Of a DNA stretch of 64,000 nt, positions 12,301 to 23,419 are shown one piece after another (the stretch's first letter is position 1; the number at the start of each line of letters is the position of its first letter). Where the stretch lies: contig NC_086097.1 in the NCBI RefSeq assembly GCF_963921235.1, positions 163,434,001 through 163,498,000 of the forward strand, read 5' to 3'. Both the position numbers and the translations under genes were made by a program. The notes below the pieces were generated by a model, which saw nothing but the letters and a program-made list of their open reading frames with translations, had not been told where the DNA came from and ran no database searches. This DNA comes from Mobula hypostoma (Eukaryota).

Positions 12301-12699
12301 AGGTGGATGCTACTCAACGACATCTGGTCAGTTAATAATAAATTGTAACATCAGCCACATTAGGAAGGTGGCAAAATGTGCAACTTTGTGGTTTGATTTT
12401 AATTGTAAATATGTTAGATCAATTCTTTCAAAAGAAAAAAATACATTTAACATAATATAGATAGTGAACAATATGTATTATGTTAAGGCTGTCATCCTTT
12501 TAAAGAATGTGTCATGTGACCATATGTTCCCTGTTCAGCAATGATGTATGTACTGAGATACAGTGAAGGTTTATTTGCATGCCATCCAGACAGTTGATTC
12601 CATAGGTACATTGAGGAAGTAAAAAGCAGCCTCGCTGCAGTTCTCACTGCATCGAAGACCTCACCTGTCCCCTCTCCCATCAAGCAGAAGAAACAAAAG

Positions 12700-12990
12700 T
12701 CTGAAATCACATACCACCAGGCTCAGGGACAGCTTTTACTCTGCTGTTTATAGGACTGTTAAATGGTTTCCTAGTATGATAAGTTGAACTCTCACAACCT
12801 AACTGGTTATAATATTGCACCCTATTGTTTAGCTGCTCTGTAGTTGCACTTTATTCTGCATTGTTATTCCTTTGCCTCGTTCTATCATAATGCAATGATC
12901 TGATCTGTGTAAACAGTATGCAAGAAAAACCTTCTCACTGTATATTGGTATTTGTGATAGTAATAAACCAATTCCAACTCTATTTCCAAT
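12700..12990 (+). mobile_element. Rex1/Babar LINE 3' end
   Basis: Homologous to 41740-42020 and 14900-15100 (accaccaggctc...gcttttcactgta...gtga..aataaaccaattcca). Confidence 0.7.
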
Positions 12991-14064
12991 TCCAAAAGGA
13001 AAACGATGTAGAATATAGTGTTACAGTTACAGAGAAAGTACAGTGCAGGTTGACAGTGAGGTGCAAGGCCATGACGAGGTAGATTGGGAATTAAGTGTTT
13101 GTCTTTTATCAGAAAGCCCCTTGCATATGTTTTGATTAAGTTTCTCATGTAGGTTTTTCAATAAACTTGGCTAGATGTTAAAAACTCAATGTGGGCAGGT
13201 GCTTTACATAATTCATAAAAATCAGAGCATGTGCACTATGAAATCTTACTATCCCTCTGAGTGTACCCCATTTATTCCAAATCACAGGCAACTTTGCCCT
13301 CCCTTAAAGGCTGCCTAGCTTCTAATCCAGACCTCACTGATACATGCTTATTCAATTCTGAATCCATTTGTGATTGGCAACAACTGAATAGATGTACTAT
13401 TTTACTGGAAGTAAAGCGAGGATTGTTATTATTTGTGCTCACTGATGAAGGACAGGCTTCTGGCTTTCAAAAAAAAACATTGAGAATTGTGAAAGTATAA
13501 AGTACAAAGATTTAAATCATGGCATTCATTGTGCTAAGTACTGTAAAATGGCAATTTATTCAGCTGAAGCAAGGTTTGAATTAGTAGGAATCAAGCCAAG
13601 AGAAGTCAAGTAACAGTTATTTGAAGCCAAGTTGGACCTTCGAAGCCTGTGGATTACACAAGAAAGAGGAGACAAAGACCTTTGAGAATTGAATCCTGGT
13701 TCAATATGCAGCTGTGCTATTTCCACAGTACTTGCTTTACAATGTTGGAAGTGACATTAATTTTGAACAAACTAAAGGATTCCTTTCAAAGAAAATATTC
13801 CCTTCACTGTCACTTCACCTAACTAGAGCTTGATGCATTTTATCACAAATGCAAATGCATGCAGTTCCATTGTGGAAGGTTGTTCTGTAAATTGATTTAA
13901 CCTGCACAATTAATCCACTGGACATGGAGTACAATCAATTGAAACCTCTCCATAACATGATCAGATTCCCATTGAGCCAAATCCATCCTGCTTTAGAGGA
14001 CCTTAGGAACATCTGTATGTGTGAATAGAGCACTGGCAGTTGATATAAATGGCAGGGAGGCAGG

Positions 14065-14260
14065 GGAAGAAATCTTGCATTTATGTGGCATCCTTTACGA
14101 CTCAAAGTCAATGCAATGCATTGCAAGTGCTTCAATAATATGCAACAACCAGTCGTGCACAGTGAGGTCTCAGAAATAGCAATGTGATCAGAGCCAGATG
14201 TTTTGTGATTGTTGATAGTGTATCAAGACAGGTCAGGACATATGAGATAACAACTTCATT
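14065..14260 (-). mobile_element. Deu-domain SINE remnant (SacSINE1/AmnSINE-like)
   Basis: cttgcatttat...gcaacaaccagtcgtgcacagtgaggtctcagaaatagcaatgtgat; similar to 22085-22350. Confidence 0.55.
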
Positions 14261-14369
14261 CTGAGTATGTGAAAAATGATAGAAACACAACAATTGAATA
14301 GTATCAACACAAAGTAGATTGGGAATGAATGCAATAAGTTCAAGGAGCTATGGAAGTTCTAGATTGGGA

Positions 14370-14900
14370 GGAAAGTTTTCCAAGGTTACAGCACGATATG
14401 AAAAGTTGGATGTGAAATTGGCAGATGGAATTTAATCTGATAAATGCAAGATTGTGCATTTTGGGAAATCTAGTAGGGAGTCAGACATGTACTATAAATG
14501 GTAGGGAATTAAGGGGAATTGATGAACAAAGAGACTTTGGGGTGCAAGTCCAAGGTGAATAGGGTTGTGAAGAAGACATAGCATACTTGTTTTCATAGGT
14601 CAAGCCATAGAATATATAAAATATGATGTTATATTGCAACTTTATATATCACTGTTTCAACTACACTTGAAGTATTATGTGCAGTTCTGGTTGCCACACT
14701 ATAGGAAGAATGTGGTGGTGAAGGAGAGATTGCAACAGAGATTCACAAAGATGTTGCCTGGATTGGAGGACTTTTATGGAGAGCCTGGTTAGGCTCATAT
14801 TCATTTTTCCTGGAATGAATGAGGCAGAGTGGTAACCTGACAAAGTTATGCAAAGTTATAGAAGACATAGGGTAGATAATCAAAATCTTTTTCCCATTGC
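14370..14900 (+). mobile_element. CR1 RT C-terminal fragment
   Basis: tggcagatggaatttaatc, gtattatgtgcagttctgg and cagagattcacaaagatgttgcc motifs shared with the other CR1 copies. Confidence 0.85.
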
Positions 14901-15486
14901 TTAATATGTTCTTGCACCTTACTGTTTAACTGCACTGCACTTTTCCCATAGCTGTTACACTTTATTCTGCACTTTATTATCGTTTAACTTTGTTCTATCT
15001 TAATGCACTTTGTAGCAATTTGATGCCTATGAATGGTATGCAAAACAAGCTTTTCACTATATCAGTGCATGTGACAGTAGTAAAGCAATTCCAATTACAG
15101 TTCCCATTGTAGTGAAATCAAAAACAAGAGAGCAAAGACAAGGTGAGAGGAAGGAGTATTAAAGGAGATCTGACAAGTGCTGTACAGTATGTCTTTTTTT
15201 CTTTATACAAAGTGTTGATATCTGGATTTGCTACCAGGCGAGTTAGTGGAATTGGATAATTCACTATATTTGAGACCAGGACTTGTATAGATAAGGCATA
15301 GAAGTAGACAAATAGGATCACTGTAAATGGTCAAAAAAGTCAGGAAGGGAGTTTTGGGCTGAAGTGCCTTTAACAGTGCTTTACATCACTCTAACTCTGT
15401 GCCAGGGAGTAGGATTAAAGTGTGGCCACTCATGACAGAGAAAGGTAGAGAATCAGAATTCGCTTTAATATTCCTGGCATATGTCG

Positions 15487-18400
15487 GGGGAGCGGACAAC
15501 GGAGTAAAAGGGAGTCAGAGTAGGAGGGCTTTGGCGATACCGAGCCGAAGCGAGGTAAGCTACTTGGGGAATAGCAAGTATGTCTGAGGCCAGTGTTCTT
15601 TACTGGGTGTCAGATGTGTCAAACTGTAGCTCCTTGGGGACCGGGTTAGGGAACTGGAGATGCAGCTCAATGACCTTCGTCTTGTCTGGGAAAGTGAGGA
15701 GGTGAAAGAGAGGAGCTATAAGCAAATTGTCACACTGGGGCCTTGGGAGACAGATAAGTGCCCTGTGGCTGTCCCCCTTAACAATAAGTATTCCTGTTTG
15801 AGTACTGTTGGGGGCGGGGGGGGGAGAATGGCCTACCTGGGGGAAGCAACAGTGGCTGTGCTTCTGGCACAGGGTCTGGCCCTGTGACTCAGAAGGGTAG
15901 GGAAAGGATGAGGATGGTCGCAGTGATAGGGGACTCTATAATTAGGGGGTCAGACAGGTGATTCTGTGGATGCAGGAATGAAACACGGATGGTAGTTTGC
16001 CTCCCAGGTGCCAGGGTCGGGGATGTTTCTGATAGCGTCCATGATATCCTGAAGTAGGAAGGAGAACAGCCAGAGGTCATGGTAAATAGTGGTACCAATG
16101 ACATAGGTAGGAAAAAGGAAGAGGTCCTAACAGCAGACTACTGGGACTTAGGAAGGAAGTTGAGAAGCAGGACCACAAAGGTAGTCATCTTGGGATTACT
16201 GCCTGTACCATGTGAGAGTGAGTATAGGAATAGAATGAGGTGAAGGATAAATGTGTGGCTGGGGGATTGGAGACGGGGGCAGGGATTCAGATTTCTGGAT
16301 CATTGGGACCTCTTTTGGGGTAGGAGTGACCTGTACAAAAAAGGCGGGTTGCACTTGAATCCCAGGGTACCAATATCCTGCTGGGAGCTTTGCTAAGCCG
16401 GGGCTATTGGGGAGAGCTTAAACTAGGATTGCTGCGGGGTAGGAACCAAACTAAGAGACTGAGGAAGAGATGGTTGGCTCACAAATAGAGAAAGCTTGTA
16501 GACAGTGTGAGAGGGAGCATAGGCAGGTGATAGAAAAGGGATACACTCAGACCGATGGTTTGAGATGTGTCTATTTTAATGCAAGGAGTATTATGAACAA
16601 AGCGGATGAGTTTAGAGCGTGGATCAGTACTTGGAGCTATGATGTCGTGGCCGTTGCAGAGACTTGGATGGCTCAGGGGCAGGAATGGTTACTTTGAGTG
16701 TCAGGCTTTAGAAAGGACAGGGAGGGAGGCAAAAGAGGTGGGGGCATGGGACTGTTGATCAGAGATAGTGTCACGGCTGCAGAAAAGGAGGAGGATGAGG
16801 GATTGTCCACTGAGTATTTGTAGGTGAAAGTTAGGAACAGGAAGGGGGTCAATAACTCTACTGGGTGTTTTTATAGACTACCCAATAGTAAGAGGAACAT
16901 TGGGGAGCAGATAGGGAGACTGATTCTGGAAAGGTGTAATAATAACACGGTTGTCGTGGTGGGAGATTTTAATTTCCCAAATATTGATTGGCATGTCCCT
17001 AGAGTGAGGAGTTTAGATGGGGTGGAGTTTGTTAGGTGTGTTCAGGAAGGTTTCTTGACACAATATGTAGGTAAGCCTACAAGAGGAGAGGCTGTACTTG
17101 ATTTGGTATTGGGAAATGAACCTGGTCAGGTGACAGATCTCTCAGTGGGAGAGCATTTTGGAGATAGTGATCACAATTCTATCTCCTTTACCATAGCATT
17201 GGAGAGAGATAGGAACAGACAAGATAGAAAAGTGTTTGATTGGGGTAAGGGGAAATATGAAGCTATCAGGCAGGAACTTGGAAGCATAAATTGGGAATAG
17301 ATGTTCTCAGGGAAATGTACAGCAGAAATGTGGCAAATGTTCAGGGGATATTTGCGTGGAGTTCCTGCATAGGTACGTTCCAATGAGACAGGGAAAGGAT
17401 GATAGGGTACAGGAACCGTGGTGTACAAAGGCTGTTGTAAATCTAGTCAACAAGAAAAGAAGAGCTGATGAAAGGTTCAAAAAAACTAGGTAATGACAGA
17501 GACCTAGAAGATTATAAGGCTAGCAGGAAGGAGCTTAAGAAAGAAATTAGGAGAGCCAGAAGGGGTCATGAGAAGACCTTGGTGGACAGGATTAAGGAAA
17601 ACCCCAAGACATTCTACAAGTGTGTGAACAGCAAGAGGATAAGACGTGAGAGAATAGGACCATTGAAGTGTGACAGTGGAAAAGTGTGTATGGAACCAGA
17701 GGAGATAGCAGAGGTACCTAGTGAATACTTTGCTTCAGTATTCACTACTAAAAAGGATCTTGGCGATTGTAGGGATGACTTACAGTGGACTGAAAAGCTT
17801 GAGCATGTAGATATTAAGAAAAAGGATATGCTGGAGCTTTTAGAAAGCATCAAGTTGGATAAGTCACTGGCACCGGATGAGATGTAACCCAGGCTACTGT
17901 GAGAGGTGAGGGTGGAGATTGCTAAGCCTCTGGCGATGGAGACGGGAGAGATTCCAGAGGTTTGGAGGGTTGCGGATGTTGTTCCCTTATTTAAGAAAGG
18001 GGATAGAGATAGCCCTGGAAGTTATAGACCAGTGAGTCTGTCTTCAGTGGTTGGTAAGCTGATGGAGAAGATCCTGAGAGGCAGGATTTATGAACATTTC
18101 GAGAGGCATAATATGATTAGGAATAGTCAGCGTGGCTTTGTGAAAGGCAGGTCATGCCTTATGAGCCTGATTGAATTTTTTGAGGATTGATGAAGGTAGA
18201 GCAGTAGATGTAGTGTATATGGACTTCAGCAAGGCATTTTACAAGGTACCCAATGCAAAGCTTATTGCGAAAGTAAGGAGGCATGGGATCCAAGGGGACA
18301 TTGCTTTGTGGATCCAGAACTGACTTGCCCACTGAAGGTAAAGAGTGGTTGTAGACGGCTCATATTCTGCATGGAGGTCAGTCACCGGTGGTGTGGCTCA

Positions 18401-19339
18401 GGGATCTGTCTGGGACCCCTGCTCTTCATGATTTTTATAAATGACCTGGATGAGGAAGTGGAGGGATGGGTTAGTAAGTTTGCTGATGACACAAAGGTGG
18501 GGATATTGTGGACAGTGTGGAGGGCTGTCAGAGGTTACAGCGGGACATTGATAGGATGCAAAACTGGGCTGAGAAGTGGCAGATGGAGTTCAACCCAGAT
18601 AAGTGTGAAGTGGTTCAATATGGTAGGTCAAATATGATGACAGCTATTAATGTTAAGACTCTTGGCAGTTTGGAGGCTCAGAGAGATCTTGGAGTCCGAG
18701 TCCATAGGACACTCAAAAGCTGCTGCGCAGGTTGACTGTGTGGTTAAGAAGGCATATGGTGCTTCATTAACCATAGGATTGAGTTCAGGAGCTGAGAAGT
18801 AATGTTACAGCTGTATATGACCCTGGTCAGACCCCACTTGGAATACTGTCTCAGTTTTGGTCACCTCACTACAGGAAGGATGTGGAAACTATAGAAAGGG
18901 TGCAGAGGAGATTTACAAGGATGTTGCCTGGATTGGGGAGCATGCATTATGAGAATAGGTTGAGTGAACTTGGCCTTTTCTCCTTGGAGCGGCGGAGGAT
19001 GAGGGATGACCTGATAGAGATGTATAAGATGATGTGTCAAAGTCTTCTCCCAGGGCTGAAATGGTTAACATGAGAAAGCACAGTTTAAGGTGCTTGGATG
19101 TAGGGTACAGTGGAGATGTCAGGGGTAAGTTTTTTTACTCAGAGAGTGGGGAGTGCGTGGAATGGGCTGCCGGTGACAACGGTGGAGCTGGATACGATAA
19201 GGTCATTTAAGAGAGTTCTGGGTAGGTACATAGGGCTTAGAAAAATAGAGGGCTATGGGTAACCTTAGGTAATTTCTAAAGTACATACATGTTTGGCACA
19301 GCATGTATTGTGCTGTAAGATTTCTGTGTTTCTTTATTC
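15487..19339 (+). mobile_element. Near-full-length CR1 (HER1-like) LINE, inactivated
   Basis: ORF1 SGNH/GDSL esterase remnant (VIGDSIIRG...LPGARV...GTND, ~15920-16100); ORF2 endonuclease (YFNARSI, VAETW, VVGDFN, SDH) and RT (YRPVSLSSVVGK, FADDTK); several stops and frameshifts. Confidence 0.95.
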
Positions 19340-20110
19340 TGAAATTTGTTGTTTTGTGGCAGTAGTACATTGCAATACATAATAAAACCTATAACTTACA
19401 GTAAGAATATAAAAAACCTAAATAAGTAGTGCGAAAAGAGGAAAAGCAGAGGTTGTGTTCATTGTCCATTCAGAAATCTAATCGTGGAGAGGCAGAAGTC
19501 ATTTCTGAAATGTTGAGTGTGTGTCTTCAGGCCCCTGTAGCACCACCTTGCTGGTCGCAATGAGAACAGGGCATGTCCCAGGTGATTGGTGGGGGGGGGG
19601 TCTTTGCTGATGGATGCCACCTTTTAGAGGCCTGGTCTTTTGAATTTGTCTTGGATGCTGTGGAGGCTAGTGTCCATGATGGAATTGGCAGAGTTTACAA
19701 CTTTCTGCAGCTTTTTCTTATCCTGTGCAGTAGCCTCGACACCAGACAGGGATGCGCCCAGTTAGAATGATCGCCACAGTACATCTGTAGAAATTTGGAA
19801 GCGTGTTCGAAGACATACCACTTCTCTTCTAAAGAAATATAGATGATCTTGTGCCTTCATTGTAATTGCATCAATATGTTGGGCCCAGGAGAGATCCTCA
19901 GATGTTGACATGCAGGAAATTGAAACTGCTCACCCTTTCCTCTGCTGATCCCTTGATGAGGGCTGATGTGTGTTCCCTTGACTTTCCCTTCTTGAAGTTA
20001 ACAACCAATGTCTTGGTCTTGCTGACACTGAGTGCAAGGTTGTTGCTGTGATACAACTCAACCAGCTGATCTTTCTCACTCCTGTATGCATCCTCATCAC
20101 CACCTGATGA
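19340..20110 (-). mobile_element. Rex1/Babar LINE 3' part; its extreme tail lies at 15449-15486
   Basis: Joining agaatcagaatt...ggcatatgtcg to tgaaatttgttg restores the tail seen uninterrupted at 63240-63290; RT C-terminal remnant near 19930-20100. Confidence 0.85.
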
Positions 20111-20129
20111 TATTCCTTTAGGGGTATTC

Positions 20130-20950
20130 CAAAAGGTTTAATACTAGGGTGCTTCTGTTCTGGCTGTCTGCTCATAATTTTGAACGTGGACCCAAAAGCA
20201 CATTTTTTTTATTATTTGCAAATTGAGATTGGAAGATTGAGGAGCAGTACAACAAATTATAGGAAGAGTTTGGTAAACTGAGCAGATAATTGCTAAGAGA
20301 AGTTGAAAAGACATAACAGAGATATATTTTGGAAGGAAGAACAAAGATAATTTATTACTTGGAAGGTGTAAGTTAATAAGGCCATTAAAAAGAAGCAAAC
20401 TAGACATTAAATGCTATTTTTAGAGGGATGAAATTGAAAATTAGAAAAACAATGCTAATCCAGCTCTGAACTTTGATTAGATCATACTGCGGTTATTTTC
20501 GTTTAATAAAAAGATAAGGATGCCAAGAAGATCTGTGGAGTCGACACTGGAAACGCAAGGATGTACATACCTAGCAGGGATGAACAGACTGGATCTCGGA
20601 CCTTGGGAAAGAAGGCTGATCTAATAGAGATTTTTAAAATGATGAAAGGTTTTGATAGTGGATAGAGAAGTACTGTTTCCACTCATGAAACATAGCTAGA
20701 AGCCTTCACCAATTAATCCAAAGATGCCTTCACCTTCAGAGGTGTGAACATGTGATCACAAGCAGTAGTTGAGGTGAATAGTAATTTAAGGGTTGCATTT
20801 AAGGGGAAACTGGACAAGGAAGTAAGGGAGAAGTGAACAGAATTGCATTGATGGATTTTAATGTGGAAAGAAGGGAGGCTTAGGTGGAGCATAAACACTT
20901 GGAGACTGATTGTGGAGAATGGCCTGTTTCTATACCACATGTCCTATGTC
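20130..20950 (+). mobile_element. Very old CR1 3' fragment
   Basis: gatctaatagagattttt, gcatttaaggggaaactggac and the tail gaatggcctgtttc...ctatgt. Confidence 0.6.
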
Positions 20951-21642
20951 CTGTATAGGCAGTCACCTGCTTTCCAACTTAGTGCCACGGGAGAAGTGAG
21001 AACACCAGTTTAATATCTTCCCAAAGGAATGCACTTTCAACAGTGTAGCACTCTTTCAATACAAAATTAACATTAACCATTGTTTTGTAAAATGGTTTGC
21101 ATATCTTCATCTTTCTGATTTGGAGGCAGGAGAATAACTATCTGAATCGCAGCAAGCTGGGTAAAATCTACCAATTCTTACTGTTTTACTCTGACTAATG
21201 TTAGGGGGTAGTCCATAAATGGTGTCAGTGGTCAAAAGTTAATTTATCTCATTATAATAAAAACCTTACTTATAGAGCACTTTTCATACAATAAGAATTA
21301 TAGGGGCAGTTTAACTTCAGTGTCAATGCCTGTCTATTATTGATTGGTCTCCAATCCCCATAGTTAACAATGACCTCCTTTGGATAAATCTGTGATAAGG
21401 CCCAGATCCACCAATATCATTCTACTGGGAAATCCCTGAGGATCCCATCACCCAGTGGATCTTCACATAATCTTGAGCAGAAGAGTGAAGAAAGGTGAAA
21501 ACTGGCTAGAGAAGGGTGATTTTTAATTCCTAGAATAAATTGTGCATGCATGCTTAAGTAAATTGGATATCTGCTACAATGTAATATTTTAAATTTTGCT
21601 GGTTGAATTAGAAAAATAAGATGGAAACACAAGAAGCTGCAT

Positions 21643-21855
21643 AGCCCGCTGGTGTTGTAGTGGCATCAACACTGAACTTTGAGGTGAATTTGAGGTCCTG
21701 TGTTCGAATGCAGCGGGCTCCTTGCACGCTTTCCATCCGTGCTGGGTTGAGCTTTGAGCCAGCAACTCAGCCTCATAAAAACCAGTCAACTGCTACAGAA
21801 ACAGCAACGATGCTGCCCGATATGCCACAAGGCACGAAAAGGAGCAACAACAAGA
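21643..21855 (+). mobile_element. tRNA-derived SINE with CAA-repeat tail
   Basis: A-box-like tggtgttgtagtggc, B-box-like gtgttcgaatgc, ends gagcaacaacaag. Confidence 0.6.
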
Positions 21856-22060
21856 AACTGCAGATGCTGGGATCTGCAAAAAGGAACAAACTGCTGGAGG
21901 AAGTCAGCAGATTCGGCAGCAGCTGTGGAAGCTGAGGAATAGTCAATGTTTTGTGTTAAGATCCTGCATCATGGCTCAAAATTTGACTATTCCTTTGCCT
22001 TCACAGATCTTGCCCGACCTACTGAGTTTCTACTGAGTAATTTGTTTTGGTCCTAGAAAA
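21852..22060. repeat. Imperfect fold-back made of two inverted Penelope-tail repeats
   Basis: Left arm gaggaagtcagcag...gaggaatagtcaatgttt is the reverse complement of right arm aaaatttgactattcctt...cctactgagtttc. Confidence 0.75.
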
Positions 22061-22084
22061 ATAAGATTTTTTTTATCCTCCAAG

Positions 22085-22350
22085 TCTTTCCCATTCTTCA
22101 GATATCCCATAATGCACACACTCTGTATATTTGAAATGCAGCCATTATTACAATATATGAAACACAGCAACCAGTTCATGCTCAGCAAGGGACCACAAAC
22201 AACACAGGTAATGATGTTGTCATTTCAGTCTGAAGGAGAACTCCTTGTTCTTGATAAAAATGTCAGTGTGAAATCTTTTATGTCAATTTGAGAGAGAAAG
22301 CAGGACCTAGGTTTAATATCTCATCGAAAGGAGGCATCTCCCATAATGAC
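22085..22350 (-). mobile_element. Deu-domain SINE remnant
   Basis: gaaacacagcaaccagttc...ggagaactcc...ggtttaatatctcatcgaaaggaggcatctcc; related pieces at 20980-21150, 45095-45177, 53400-53490 and 56225-56340. Confidence 0.65.
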
Positions 22351-22469
22351 TTTAGTTCTACAATAGAATCGTAGCATCCACACAAGTCCTCAGTCTGGAT
22401 TATGTCGTGAAGCCAACAATGGCTGCATTGAGTTTCATTTACACAATGTGCTGCTGTTGCTAGGGCTAC

Positions 22470-22725
22470 ACTGACAGCATCGCTCTAAATCACAACCTAT
22501 GCCATTGAGAAGGACAAGATATTCTGTTGTGGAAAACCACATCTTGTGGGGCTCCCTCCAAGTGACATACCATCCTAACTTGGAAATGTGTCACGAGTTC
22601 ATCACCAGCAGCTCTGAATCCTGGAGCTCCCTGGCCAATAGCGCTGTGGAAGTACTTTCACAAGAAGAGCTGCAGTATGATGGCTTACCACCACTCAGAG
22701 CAGTTAGCAGTGGACAATAAGTCTC
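22470..22725 (+). mobile_element. Old LINE 3' end (same family as 1080-1430)
   Basis: agaaggacaag...ccctccaagt...catcctaacttggaa...atcctggagctccct motif order. Confidence 0.6.
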
Positions 22726-23419
22726 AAGATTAGGATTGCACGATGCTGAATGAGCCATTGGCTGATGAGGTCTGTATTCTGTTCTTCAGAAAGTAGCTGT
22801 GCCATGCCTCTGTGTTCCAGGGCAATCCTCATGAGTAATCAGTAAGATGAGGCATAACAGTATGTTAGAAAAGGGAAACAATGAATTAGTTCACAGGCTC
22901 ATGGAAGCCATTTTGTTATTTTATTCTAAATCACTCTATGATCTCTGGCCTCCCATAGCAAACACTTGCATGCTTTACACAAATTAAAAGCATGCAAAAT
23001 TTCGATTGCCTTTTAGCCTTGCCACACAAACACAGCGTGTAGTCCAGTTAAGCAATTACCAGCAGCTGAGCAGGGTGAAATAAAACATGCCAGCTACTGT
23101 TGCTGTGCACAATTAGAAATGTAACGATTAAATGAAGTCAGTACCTAATACATTAACTTTGGTGAGAAGTGGAGGTTTGAGCTTTTCTTTTTGTGTGTGT
23201 GTGTGTATATACGTACACACACTGAGAGAAACCCTGTCTTTACAGAGTGAGATTTGCCATCATAAAGTGCCAGTCTAGCATTTCGGTGAATGCCTTCTGT
23301 CCCATCAACTCATTCCAACACACAAACAACATACTACAGTCATCAAGCCTGGAAGCTTTGAATGAGGACAAGGAGGAATTATTCTCTGGTCTTAAAGACA
23401 AAACAGATCAAGACCTTAT

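Noticed and set aside
13435..13490. CTGATGA as another hammerhead core
   Set aside because: No GAAA box or clean stem II, and no Penelope-tail motif follows; the same applies to CTGATGA near 22763 and 57053.
16470..19073. ORF cluster as an active RT or endonuclease gene
   Set aside because: These are fragments of CR1 ORF2 separated by stops and frameshifts.
21643..21720. tRNA gene
   Set aside because: No full cloverleaf; it continues into a SINE body and tail. The same holds for the V-SINE heads.
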